Shown: positions 29,498 to 38,394 of the stretch, piece by piece
How the letters are laid out: each line of letters begins with the position of its first letter
Position numbering within the stretch: position 1 is the first letter of the stretch
Assembly: GCF_054482525.1 (NCBI RefSeq)
Contig: NZ_CM137006.1
DNA: 64,000 bases
Direction: 5' to 3' (one strand)
Made by a program: the position numbers and the translations under genes
The notes under the pieces: model-generated
What the model was told of the DNA's origin: nothing
The model's input: the letters and a program-made list of their open reading frames with translations, nothing else
Database searches by the model: none

Positions 29498-30064
29498 TAT
29501 CGCGCCCTCAACAATGAGTTTTGTGATGCGGTGCCTGGTGCCTCCAGGTGACGTTAACCAGTTAACAATTAACGCCGGATACAGAGAATCCACCCATAAC
29601 ACTGTTTTTGGTTTTAACTGTTCCGCGTGCGCTTAGCCGCATTCACCGCATCACAAAATTCACTTTAAAAAGGGCGGCAGAGCAGTCACGGAGTAAAACT
29701 GATACCGCCAAACGTCACCAGAAAATTGATAACAGAGGGCGTTGCAGCGGGGTTGTCACTTAAGCGTATGGTCAACCTGACAACCCGGTGTCCTCAACGG
29801 GGAAGGAATAACCCCGCCATACTTACCGCCGCGCCATTTCGCGTAGTGCCACAACCGGAAGCGCACGGTCGACGAAAATTTAACGACAGGCTATCTATGA
29901 ACCAGCTACCTCGCCGTGCGCTTTCGCGTTATGGTCTGACTTTTCATGGAAATATCCTTTCAGTAAACTGTCAGTGCCGGATGCTCACCCGTGTCCGGCG
30001 CACGCACTCCACCTCACCCGTGGAGAACGCCTTAATTACCAACCTTAGCTTCGTTGGTTAGCTA

Positions 30065-30283
30065 TTAACGCTGGTATGTAATCATTCTGGCAATGCTTAA
30101 TGCCGCTGCTTTTTCCAGCCTGGTGATATCCTGCTCCAGAGCGGACAGATTTTCAGCCTGCTTAGCCCTGGCTTCATTGGCCCATTTCAGATCCTGCGCT
30201 GCATTAATTTTCTGGCGCATCCACTCATAAAGTTCATCATCGGTATAGTCTGGCGCGATGATGACGGGTTCTCGTTTCTGCAT
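30065..30283 (-). CDS. hypothetical early-left protein (72 aa)
   Basis: ORF with plausible codon usage in the leftward early operon. Confidence 0.4.
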   Translation of the reverse strand: MQKREPVIIAPDYTDDELYEWMRQKINAAQDLKWANEARAKQAENLSALEQDITRLEKAAALSIARMITYQR

Positions 30284-30312
30284 ACTGATTCCTCGCGGTG
30301 CTGCTTCGCTTA

Positions 30313-30441
30313 TCAGCCGTTAGATTTTGCCGAGCTGGAAAGCGCCTGTTTAAACTCACTGAAGCTGAGAGCTTCTTCGCCTTCGGTAAGGCCTTCGAAG
30401 TATTCTTCGTAAGCCTTTTTCATGATTGTGTCGAAATCCAT
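30313..30441 (-). CDS. small acidic protein (42 aa), translationally coupled to upstream gene
   Basis: MDFDTIMKKAYEEYFEGLTEGEEALSFSEFKQALSSSAKSNG; start codon 1 nt after stop of 30443-30598 gene; below the ORF-track size cutoff. Confidence 0.35.
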   Translation of the reverse strand: MDFDTIMKKAYEEYFEGLTEGEEALSFSEFKQALSSSAKSNG

Positions 30442-30442
30442 A

Positions 30443-30598
30443 TCACTCACCTGAGTTTCTTTCCAGCCAGCGACGGGCACCATTTTCGGTTTTAAACGTT
30501 TTGCTTTTGGTATACGTCATCGCGGTGAATGTGCCGTCCTGGTTGGGAAACACGCCGTACACCAGAGATTCGTTGTTGCCAAGATCGATAGTATCCAT
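30443..30598 (-). CDS. YdaF-like small prophage protein (51 aa)
   Basis: ATG at 30598 with GAGG RBS; MDTIDLGNNESLVYGVFPNQDGTFTAMTYTKSKTFKTENGARRWLERNSGE resembles Rac YdaF as recalled. Confidence 0.45.
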   Translation of the reverse strand: MDTIDLGNNESLVYGVFPNQDGTFTAMTYTKSKTFKTENGARRWLERNSGE

Positions 30599-30780
30599 GT
30601 TGACCTCATTTCCCCTTAACGCCGGGGTAGCGGAACAAAAACCTGCTGCATAGTTATTAAAGTTGAACCCTGCCGTCATGTTCTTACGCCTCGGGCTGGC
30701 TACTTAACCCCTGACCACTGCCTGGTAACTCGAAGTATTGCCCGGCGTTCTATGGGGCGGGGTGGGTTGGTATGCAATAA

Positions 30781-30825
30781 ATCTAAAAGTATTTAGTTTT
30801 ATAGTCAAGGGGAATCTAAATTAAT
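30781..30825. promoter_or_regulatory. OL-like operator repeats (ATCTAA/TTAGAT-type half-sites) left of cI
   Basis: atctaaaagtatttagtt and aatctaaattaattt resemble the repeats between cI and cro. Confidence 0.4.
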
Positions 30826-30828
30826 TTA

Positions 30829-30853
30829 AAAAAAGGTCGGCATAACCGACCTT
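30829..30853 (-). terminator. rho-independent terminator downstream of cI (hairpin plus T7 on minus strand)
   Basis: ggtcggcataaccgacc flanked by an A7 run on plus strand. Confidence 0.55.
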
Positions 30854-30874
30854 AAGTTCAAGGACATAGCAGGG

Positions 30875-31522
30875 TTATAGGTTGAACTGCACACCTTTTG
30901 CTACGGCAACAATTTTACACTCTGGCGTAAGCAAGGATGATTGATAGCGCGGATTGAGAGGGCTTAAATACACAAGTTTTCCATCAATAACTAATTTTTT
31001 TATAGTCATAGACGGTTCATTTGTAAGTGGATCTGGAACTATTACAGCGACGATACTGCCATTTTTATAACTCTCTCCTGGTCTTAGGATCACAGTGGCA
31101 CCAACCGGGATACTTGGTGACCCTGAGGGGTTATGCATAGTGTCATCAGGCATTGAAACGGCAAAATCACCTTCCACTACATCAAAGAATGTGGTGATCC
31201 TATCGACATTTCCCATTGTTTTCTCTCCTTCTAAGATTAGGAAAGAAATCGCGTCACCCCACGAAAAGTAGGGGATCTTGGTGCCTGGATTGCTCTGCAC
31301 AAAAGATAGTTCAGGAGACGATACTCCATACAGGAGATAGGACTCAGTAGTTCCTAATGCCTGGGCTAACTTACTTAGAGCTTTGCTGCCGGGTTCGTTT
31401 AGATCTTTCTCCCAGTACCCTATAGTAACCCCAGTCACGCCTGAAAGCTTACCCAGTTCTACTTGGGTGAGTCCCTTATCTTTTCTGAGTTTCTTAAGCC
31501 TGATGCCAAGGCTTTCCATCAT
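30875..31522 (-). CDS. cI: CI-type phage repressor (XRE HTH plus S24 LexA-like peptidase domain)
   Basis: N-terminal LTQVELGKLSGVTGVTIGYWE helix-turn-helix; C-terminal S24-like motifs; GGGAGA RBS; divergent from cro. Confidence 0.85.
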   Translation of the reverse strand: MMESLGIRLKKLRKDKGLTQVELGKLSGVTGVTIGYWEKDLNEPGSKALSKLAQALGTTESYLLYGVSSPELSFVQSNPGTKIPYFSWGDAISFLILEGEKTMGNVDRITTFFDVVEGDFAVSMPDDTMHNPSGSPSIPVGATVILRPGESYKNGSIVAVIVPDPLTNEPSMTIKKLVIDGKLVYLSPLNPRYQSSLLTPECKIVAVAKGVQFNL

Positions 31523-31551
31523 TTTCTCCCGCGAGTTGAATATAAATTATT

Positions 31552-31604
31552 TTAGATTGCATTGACCTAAAAAAAATTATCCTGTAATCTAAAAATACTT
31601 AGAT
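31552..31604. promoter_or_regulatory. OR-like operator region with divergent promoters; near-palindrome atctaaaaatacttagat overlapping the cro promoter -10
   Basis: ttgacc-17 nt-taatct promoter at 31562-31590; ATCTAA/TTAGAT half-sites at 31552, 31587, 31601. Confidence 0.5.
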
Positions 31605-31618
31605 TTTAGGAGAGTAAA

Positions 31619-31846
31619 ATGCGAGTTGATGAACTTGTTCAGTTTTTTGGCTCTGTTCAGAGGGTCGCTGATTTTTATGGGATAACCCGCGAAGCTATTT
31701 ACATGTGGCGTAAGCGCCCCGGTGAAATAGTTCCGAAAGGGAGAGCTGCGGAAGCTGCTGCATACTCCAAGGGAAAATTATCTTTGAACCCAGAGCTTTA
31801 CAAAAAGAAGGATACCACCCGGGACAAAAGGAAGAGTGATTCATGA
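31619..31846 (+). CDS. cro: Cro-like HTH regulator
   Basis: 75-aa ORF divergent from cI, AGGAGA RBS, HTH-like VADFYGITREAIYMW. Confidence 0.6.
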   Translation: MRVDELVQFFGSVQRVADFYGITREAIYMWRKRPGEIVPKGRAAEAAAYSKGKLSLNPELYKKKDTTRDKRKSDS

Positions 31847-32268
31847 AAATCAAACATGAACATATCCGCATGGCGATGAATGCCTGGGCGCATCCGGACG
31901 GCGAAAAAGTACCGGCTGCGAAAATTACCAAAGCGTATTTCGAGCTGGGAATGACGTTCCCGGAACTGTATGACGACAGCCATCCGGAAGCCCTAGCTCG
32001 CAATACTCAGAAAATTTTCCGCTGGGTGGAGAAAGACACCCCTGATGCGGTTAAAAAAATTCAGGCGTTGTTACCAGCTATCGAAAAAGCAATGCCACCT
32101 CTGCTGGTGGCCCGAATGCGCAGTCATAGCTCAGCCTATTTTCGGGAACTAGTGGAGACGCGGGAACGACTGGTGAGAGACGCTGATGATTTTGTCGCAG
32201 TGGCGATCGCTGGTTTCAACCAGATGAATCGTGGTGGCCCTGCAGGAAATATTGTGGCTGTGCATTGA
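31843..32268 (+). CDS. early regulator (CII/YdaT-like position)
   Basis: 141-aa ORF overlapping cro stop (ATGA); family assignment uncertain. Confidence 0.4.
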   Translation: MKIKHEHIRMAMNAWAHPDGEKVPAAKITKAYFELGMTFPELYDDSHPEALARNTQKIFRWVEKDTPDAVKKIQALLPAIEKAMPPLLVARMRSHSSAYFRELVETRERLVRDADDFVAVAIAGFNQMNRGGPAGNIVAVH

Positions 32269-32333
32269 CTCGCAATATTCATACCGGATCACTTCCGGCA
32301 ATTTGTGAGTAAAAAGATTCGGTATCAAAAGAG

Positions 32334-33410
32334 GTGAGTATGGCTAACGCCTGGCTCAGATTATGGCATGACATGCCAAATGACCCTAAGTGGCGAACAA
32401 TTGCCAGGGTGTCAGGGCAGCCAATTGCAACAGTGATGGCAGTGTATATCCACCTCCTGGTGAGCGCGTCACGAAATGTCACGCGAGGTCACATTGATGT
32501 CACGACAGAAGATTTGGCAAGTGCGCTCGACGTGACAGAAGAGGTAATTGATTCAATTTTGCAGACGATGCAGGGGCGGGTACTTGATGGTGATTTAATC
32601 ACTGGATGGGAAAAACGCCAGGTGCTTAAAGAGGACAACGGCAATATTTCGCAAACCGCAAAATCTCCTGCAGAGCGCAAGAGGGCGCAGCGAGAGAGGG
32701 AAAGAAAGCGGGAACAAAATGGCGATTGTCACGGCGCGTCACGAAATGTCACGCACATGTCACGACGAGTCACGACAGATAAAGATACAGATAAAGATAC
32801 AGATCAAGAAGATCAAAACACTATGGTCCATGGCGTAAAAAACGCCACGAACCAGGCAGGGGATGTTCAGACCGTCAATCCTGGTCAGCCAGCAGGCACG
32901 ACACCGGAAGCCGATTCAGCGTATGCGCTGAAAGCCGATTCGGGCGCTGTGCAGCAGGTGATGACCGCAAGGCCGGAGCAATCACACCAACTGCAGCAGC
33001 CTGAAGCCGATTCCGCCATTCAGCGGGAAGCCGATCGGGTAGTCCCGGAAAGCACCGGGCAGTCTGTGGGACGAGTGGATTATCCGGATGTGTTCGAACA
33101 GGTCTGGCGGGAGTACCCGTTGCGTGCTGGGGCAAACCCGAAGAAATCCGCTTTCAGTGCTTGGAAGGCCAGATTACGCGAGGGGGTGCCACCAGAGGCC
33201 ATGCTGGATGGCGTGAGGCGTTACGCAAGATACTTGGCGGCTACCGGGAAAACGGGAACGGAATTTGTTCAGCGAGCGACGACGTTTTTTGGACCGGATC
33301 GGAATTTTGAGAACCCCTGGTTGCTCCCGGTAAGCGGCACGAACAACCAGCGTTGTGTGAATCATATTTCTGAACCGGATAACGAAATTCCGCCGGGCTT
33401 CAGGGGGTAA
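32334..33410 (+). CDS. replication initiator (O-like) with embedded iteron arrays
   Basis: 358-aa ORF in the O position; two arrays of GTCACG-type repeats inside the coding sequence. Confidence 0.55.
   Translation: MSMANAWLRLWHDMPNDPKWRTIARVSGQPIATVMAVYIHLLVSASRNVTRGHIDVTTEDLASALDVTEEVIDSILQTMQGRVLDGDLITGWEKRQVLKEDNGNISQTAKSPAERKRAQRERERKREQNGDCHGASRNVTHMSRRVTTDKDTDKDTDQEDQNTMVHGVKNATNQAGDVQTVNPGQPAGTTPEADSAYALKADSGAVQQVMTARPEQSHQLQQPEADSAIQREADRVVPESTGQSVGRVDYPDVFEQVWREYPLRAGANPKKSAFSAWKARLREGVPPEAMLDGVRRYARYLAATGKTGTEFVQRATTFFGPDRNFENPWLLPVSGTNNQRCVNHISEPDNEIPPGFRG
32467..32825. repeat. candidate phage replication origin: two iteron clusters (TGTCACG repeats) plus AT-rich direct repeats (cagataaagata x2)
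   Basis: cgtcacgaaatgtcacgc present at about 32467 and again at about 32737; at least 9 TGTCACG-like copies; followed by gataaagatacagataaagataca. Confidence 0.5.
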
Positions 33411-33450
33411 GTGTTAATTTCTGGTCATGAGGTAATTTTCAGGAGGGCTT

Positions 33451-33876
33451 GTGGCAAAAGTTTTTACACAAGAAGAGCGGGAAAAAATTAAAGGGCAGGT
33501 TGTTGAACTTGTACGTCTGAGCGGTCGCGAGACGTTGCGGCAACTGGAAGCCAGGACAGGTGCGACAAGATATCTGATGAGTGTTCTCGCCAGAGAGCTG
33601 GTTGCCAGTGGCGATGTATACAACTCTGGTTACGGGTTATTCCCGTCTGAACAGGCGCGTAAGGACTGGCAAAATGCTCGCAAAAAACTCTCAAGGGCAA
33701 AGGTGAAGAAACCTGCAGTGGTTGATCCGGACCTTATCTGGTCGTTACCAGACGGCGAAATACGCCGCTACGACAGGCGCCTGAATATAATCTGTCGCGA
33801 GTGCCGGAAGAGCGAAGCTATGCAGCGTGTACTGGCATTTTATCAAGGAAATGTTAGGTATTTTAGACGTTACTAG
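33451..33876 (+). CDS. hypothetical replication-module protein (141 aa)
   Basis: GTG start with AGGAGGG RBS directly after the O-like gene. Confidence 0.45.
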   Translation: MAKVFTQEEREKIKGQVVELVRLSGRETLRQLEARTGATRYLMSVLARELVASGDVYNSGYGLFPSEQARKDWQNARKKLSRAKVKKPAVVDPDLIWSLPDGEIRRYDRRLNIICRECRKSEAMQRVLAFYQGNVRYFRRY

Positions 33877-34029
33877 ATTAAAGAGCATTAGTTCAGATGT
33901 GAATTGACATTTTCATGGCGCAGGGTAGAGCCAGCGTGGTTGTCCGCTTTGCGTCAAAACCAGATATTACCAGATTTAGACATATATTCCCGATAGACCT
34001 GCTCTGATGCTACACTCTGTGCTATTTTC

Positions 34030-34716
34030 ATGACCCCAATAAAAATATTTATGACTATTGCTGATTTCAAACGGCCTAAATTGGAGCTCCCAAACGGGGC
34101 AAACAAACTACTACTGCACTCTTGCTGTGCTCCATGTTCCGGTGAAGTGATGGAGGCGCTTCAGGCCTCGGGAATCGACTACACCATCTTTTTCTACAAC
34201 CCGAACATTCATCCTCAGAAAGAGTATTTAATTCGTAAGGATGAAAATATTCGCTTTGCTGAACAACACGGCGTGCCGTTTATCGATGCTGATTACGACA
34301 CCGACAACTGGTTTGAACGTGCCAAAGGAATGGAATGGGAGCCTGAGAGGGGGATCCGTTGTACCATGTGTTTTGACATGCGTTTTGAGCGGACAGCGTT
34401 GTACGCTGCTGAAAATGGTTTCAGTGTGATCAGCAGTTCACTGGGCATTTCACGCTGGAAAAATATGCAGCAGGTTAACGAGTGTGGGCGGCGAGCTGTT
34501 GCGCATTATCCGGGTATGGTGTACTGGGATTATAACTGGCGCAAGCAGGGCGGCTCGTCCCGTATGATTGAAATCAGCAAGCGCGAAAAATTCTATCAGC
34601 AGGAATATTGTGGCTGTGTGTATTCTCTGCGCGATACCAATCTACACCGCAAATCTCAGGGACGCCCTCTTATCAAAATTGGCCAACTCCACTACGGAAA
34701 AGAAGAGAAGGAGTGA
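34030..34716 (+). CDS. DUF208/QueH-like protein (putative epoxyqueuosine reductase)
   Basis: N-terminal [14 protein letters not shown] motif and further Cys (CTMC, CGC) as recalled for QueH; sits as cargo in the nin region. Confidence 0.6.
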   Translation: MTPIKIFMTIADFKRPKLELPNGANKLLLHSCCAPCSGEVMEALQASGIDYTIFFYNPNIHPQKEYLIRKDENIRFAEQHGVPFIDADYDTDNWFERAKGMEWEPERGIRCTMCFDMRFERTALYAAENGFSVISSSLGISRWKNMQQVNECGRRAVAHYPGMVYWDYNWRKQGGSSRMIEISKREKFYQQEYCGCVYSLRDTNLHRKSQGRPLIKIGQLHYGKEEKE

Positions 34717-34952
34717 TTTTATGGATCACCTTTCTGATTGATTTTATATTGGCGAGGTAACGGGAGTTAAGTAGAATGGCTGCGGGTGCTTGAGGCTATC
34801 TGTCTCAGGCATGAACACCAAAGGCAGATAGAGAAAAGCCCCAGTTAACATTACGCGTCCTGCAAGACGCTTAACATTAATCTGAGGCTCAATCTATGAA
34901 CGGCAAATCTAGGTTAGCCTCTTACGTGCCGAAAGGCAAGGAGAAGCAGGCT

Positions 34953-35108
34953 ATGAAGCAGCAAAAGGCGATGTTAATCGCCCTGATCGTCATCTGTTTA
35001 ACCGTCATTGTGACGGCACTGGTAACGAGGAAAGACCTCTGCGAGGTACGAATCCGAACCGGCCAGACGGAGGTCGCTGTCTTCACAGCTTACGAACCTG
35101 AGGAGTAA
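34953..35108 (+). CDS. hok: Hok/Gef-family type I toxin (HokD/RelF-like)
   Basis: MKQQKAMLIALIVICLTVIVTALVTRKDLCEVRIRTGQTEVAVFTAYEPEE is Hok-family; in-frame upstream extension from 34896. Confidence 0.8.
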   Translation: MKQQKAMLIALIVICLTVIVTALVTRKDLCEVRIRTGQTEVAVFTAYEPEE

Positions 35109-35251
35109 GAGACCTGGCGGGGGAGAAATCCCTCGCCACCTCTGATGTGTCAGGCATCCTCAACGCACCCGCACTTAACCCGCTTCGGCGTTTTTTCCGT
35201 TGATTAACTCTAGTTATTAGAGAACCGAACTTTTATTGATGGGGCAGGGAG

Positions 35252-35644
35252 ATGAAGAAACTTGTTTTAGTCGCAGGTGTAATGATTGCAACAGTAATGT
35301 TGGGAGGGTGTGCAGCAAAGATCGATCCAGCGTTGAAAGCAGAAGCAATGAAGCCACTAACATGTAATGATGAAAAGCAATGTGACTTTTATTGGAAACG
35401 AGCGCAATTCTGGTTGGCTAATAATTCCTCATGGAAAATTCAAACGGCGACAGACACGCTAATTTCCACTTATAATCCCTCTCCAAATAGTCCATTCCTC
35501 GCTTATCAAGTGAGTAAAATGCCAAATGAAGATGGATCCTCAAGAATTTTCATCAAGCCTTTTTGCGATAATATGTTTGGCTGTCAACCAAACCCCTATC
35601 AGGCAGTTGTTTCCTTTAAAAACTTCGTTAAAACAGGGCAGTAG
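35252..35644 (+). CDS. Cys-rich lipoprotein (signal peptide with lipobox LGGC)
   Basis: MKKLVLVAGVMIATVMLGGC... then mature domain with 6 Cys. Confidence 0.6.
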   Translation: MKKLVLVAGVMIATVMLGGCAAKIDPALKAEAMKPLTCNDEKQCDFYWKRAQFWLANNSSWKIQTATDTLISTYNPSPNSPFLAYQVSKMPNEDGSSRIFIKPFCDNMFGCQPNPYQAVVSFKNFVKTGQ

Positions 35645-35842
35645 TGTATAGCTTGGACGATAAATTATTAGTGAAAACGCCGTAAACCCTCACCCAATGT
35701 GGACTAAGTCTATCAAACATGACTGTGATGATTAGTCCGTAGTTGTTGTCTATGAAATCTGGATTGAGTCAGGGTTTAATCCAATAATTATTCTATCGTT
35801 CCTTTACAAGTCCGGTATATTACTTTCAGTTTGTTTTAGCAT

Positions 35843-35868
35843 ACCCGCTTCGGCGGGTTTTGTTTTTT
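35843..35868 (+). terminator. rho-independent terminator (cccgcttcggcggg plus T-run)
   Basis: GC hairpin followed by ttttgtttttt. Confidence 0.6.
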
Positions 35869-35940
35869 CCTGGCATTCTGGTTTACAATTCGCACGCCAG
35901 CCTGAACAACTGGCACCTGCTGCGCCAGCAGAGACAACCG

Positions 35941-36219
35941 ATGGCGCACGATACCAAATTACACAATTCTGATGATTCTGCCGTCTTTGCCAGCAGGCAC
36001 GGGCGGCGTTCCCGCACTTTCAAATCTGACTGGTTCCAGCATGACCCATGTACTGAAGAACAGGCCGAATGGCTAATTCATAACTATCGCAGACGCGGAT
36101 ACGAGATTAAGAAAGCCCTCAGCCTCGATTATCGTCACTGGATAATCTATGTCAGGCTCCCTTATTCCGAACGCCCACCGCGCCCATCCCGCACATACCA
36201 GCAACGGATCTGGAGGTAA
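35941..36219 (+). CDS. hypothetical protein (92 aa)
   Basis: ATG at 35941 downstream of terminator; stop 1 nt before the GTG start of the next gene. Confidence 0.4.
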   Translation: MAHDTKLHNSDDSAVFASRHGRRSRTFKSDWFQHDPCTEEQAEWLIHNYRRRGYEIKKALSLDYRHWIIYVRLPYSERPPRPSRTYQQRIWR

Positions 36220-36220
36220 C

Positions 36221-37270
36221 GTGCGGATATTACTTCGACCTGTTCTGGTACCGGAACTCGGGCTGGTGGTCCTTAGGCCGGGCCGTGAATCCATGCAAGT
36301 ATTTCATAACCCTCGAGTGCTGGTGGAGCCTGAACCGAAAAGCATGCGCGGTCTGCCGTCCGGAGTCGTCCCTGCCGTTCGCCAGCCGCTGGCGGAGGAT
36401 AAATCATTACTGCCATTTTTCAGCGATGAGCGGGTGATTCGTGCTGCTGGCGGCGCTGGGGCGCTGTCTGACTGGCTGTTGCGTCATGTCAAATCCTGCC
36501 AGTGGCCTCATGGTGACTATCATCACAGTGAAATCGTCATACATCGTTACGGTACCAGCGCGATGGTGTTGTGCTGGCACTGCGACAACCAGTTGCGTGA
36601 CCAGACATCCGAATCACTCGGGCAACTTGCTCATCAAAACCTGTCAGCATGGATGATTGACGTCATACGCCATGCAATGAATGGCACGCAGGAGCGGGAA
36701 TTGTCGCTGGCTGAATTATCTTGGTGGGCGGTCTGCAATCAGGTGGCGGACGCGCTTCCGGAGGCAGTATTACGTCGTTCTCTGGGGGTACGTGCGGAAA
36801 AAATCCGCTCCTTGTACCGCGAAAGCGACATCGTACCGGGAGAGCAGACCGCCACCAGCATACTGAAGCAGCGCACAAAAAATCTTGCGCCGTTGCCTCA
36901 TGCCCACCAGCAACAGAACCCACCACAGGAAAAGACGGTGGTATGCATCACCGTTGATCCGGAGTCTCCGGAATCTTTCATGAGGCGACCTAAACGTCGC
37001 CGTTGGCTAAATGAGAAATATACGCGCTGGGTGAAGACACAGCCGTGTGCGTGTTGTGGTCAGCCAGCCGACGATCCCCATCACCTGATTGGTCACGGTC
37101 AGGGAGGGATGGGAACAAAGGCCCACGATATTTTCACGCTACCGTTGTGCCGGGAACATCACAACGAACTTCATGCGGATCCGCTGGCGTTCGAAGAAAA
37201 GCATGGTTCCCAGGTTGATTTAATTTTTCGTTTTCTTGATCACGCCTTTGCAACCGGCGTGCTCGGGTAA
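36221..37270 (+). CDS. DUF968-family prophage protein (YdfU-like) with C-terminal HNH-like Cys/His cluster
   Basis: GTG start behind GGAGG at 36212-36216; C-terminal CACCG...HHLIGHGQGGMGTKAHD...CREHHNELH. Confidence 0.6.
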   Translation: MRILLRPVLVPELGLVVLRPGRESMQVFHNPRVLVEPEPKSMRGLPSGVVPAVRQPLAEDKSLLPFFSDERVIRAAGGAGALSDWLLRHVKSCQWPHGDYHHSEIVIHRYGTSAMVLCWHCDNQLRDQTSESLGQLAHQNLSAWMIDVIRHAMNGTQERELSLAELSWWAVCNQVADALPEAVLRRSLGVRAEKIRSLYRESDIVPGEQTATSILKQRTKNLAPLPHAHQQQNPPQEKTVVCITVDPESPESFMRRPKRRRWLNEKYTRWVKTQPCACCGQPADDPHHLIGHGQGGMGTKAHDIFTLPLCREHHNELHADPLAFEEKHGSQVDLIFRFLDHAFATGVLG

Positions 37271-37282
37271 AAGAGGTTACTG

Positions 37283-37642
37283 ATGCGTATAGAGTTTGTT
37301 TTGCCTTATCCGCCGACGGTGAATACTTACTGGCGACGTCGTGGCAACACATATTTTGTATCAAAAGTCGGTGAGCGTTATCGCCGTGATGTGGCACTAA
37401 TTGTTCGCCAGCAGCGGTTGAAATTAAACCTGTCCGGAAGGCTGGCAATAAAAATTATTGCAGAGCCACCGGATAAGCGCCGCCGCGACCTGGACAATAT
37501 CCTGAAGGCACCACTGGATGCGCTGACGCATGCCGGACTTCTCATAGACGACGAGCAGTTTGATGAAATCAATATTGTGCGCGGACTGCCTGTTCCTGGT
37601 GGTCGGCTGGGGATAAAAATCACAGAACTGGAGTGCGCATGA
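37283..37642 (+). CDS. rusA: Holliday junction resolvase RusA
   Basis: 119-aa translation with RRRDLDNILKAPLDALTHAGLLIDD typical of RusA. Confidence 0.88.
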   Translation: MRIEFVLPYPPTVNTYWRRRGNTYFVSKVGERYRRDVALIVRQQRLKLNLSGRLAIKIIAEPPDKRRRDLDNILKAPLDALTHAGLLIDDEQFDEINIVRGLPVPGGRLGIKITELECA

Positions 37643-38328
37643 ATAACCAGTATTTACAGTTTGTGCGTGAGCAGCTCATTATCGCCACCGCTGATTTGAG
37701 TGGGGCAACAAAAGGTCAGCTTGAAGCCTGGCAAGAGAATGCCATGTTCGATACAGGGCGTTACAGGCGAAAAAAAATCCGGTACCGCGATGAAGTGACT
37801 GGAAAAATGATAACGCGGGATAATCCACCAATCCCGGGAAAGCAATCGCTGGCGAAGGGGACGTCAATTCCTCTGGTCAGTCCGGTTGAGTTTTCGACAT
37901 CATCGTGGCGGCGGGCTGTTTTGTCTCTTGAAGAACATCATAAAGCCTGGTTGTTGTGGTGTTACAGCGGGAGTATTTGTTGGGAATATCAGATCGCGAT
38001 AACACAGTGGGCGTGGAATGAATTTAATACTCAATCCGGTACCAGAAAAATTGCAGGGAAAACGCAGGAACGCCTGAAAAAATTAATCTGGCTGGCGGCG
38101 CAGGCAGTAAAAGCAGAACTTTTTGGTGGGGAAGGTTATGAATACCAGGAGCTGGCATTACTGGCGGGAGTGACAACTAAAAACTGGTCCAAAACATTTA
38201 CTCGTCACTGGGTTGCAATGAAACACATTTTTCACCGACTTGATAGTGAGGCTTTATTGTTTGTAATGAGAACACGTTCAAAACAAAAGGCGGCATTTTC
38301 AAAGCAAAGTATTGCAAAAGTAGATTGA
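37633..38328 (+). CDS. putative late-gene antiterminator (Q-like by position)
   Basis: 231-aa ORF between rusA and the PR'-like promoter / tR'-like terminator; no sequence family recognised. Confidence 0.45.
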   Translation: MRMNNQYLQFVREQLIIATADLSGATKGQLEAWQENAMFDTGRYRRKKIRYRDEVTGKMITRDNPPIPGKQSLAKGTSIPLVSPVEFSTSSWRRAVLSLEEHHKAWLLWCYSGSICWEYQIAITQWAWNEFNTQSGTRKIAGKTQERLKKLIWLAAQAVKAELFGGEGYEYQELALLAGVTTKNWSKTFTRHWVAMKHIFHRLDSEALLFVMRTRSKQKAAFSKQSIAKVD

Positions 38329-38340
38329 AAGGCATATATT
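38312..38340 (+). promoter_or_regulatory. PR'-like late promoter (TTGCAA - 17 nt - TATATT)
   Basis: Sigma70-like hexamers with 17-nt spacer overlapping the end of the Q-like gene. Confidence 0.4.
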
Positions 38341-38394
38341 TCATGCAAATCTGATATTTTGCCGATTTTGTACGTGATGGCAAAAGCAAACAAA

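Noticed and set aside
30599..30679. N-terminal extension of the YdaF-like ORF (MTAGFNFNNYAAGF...)
   Set aside because: The internal ATG at 30598 has a GAGG RBS and gives the 51-aa product; the extension has none.
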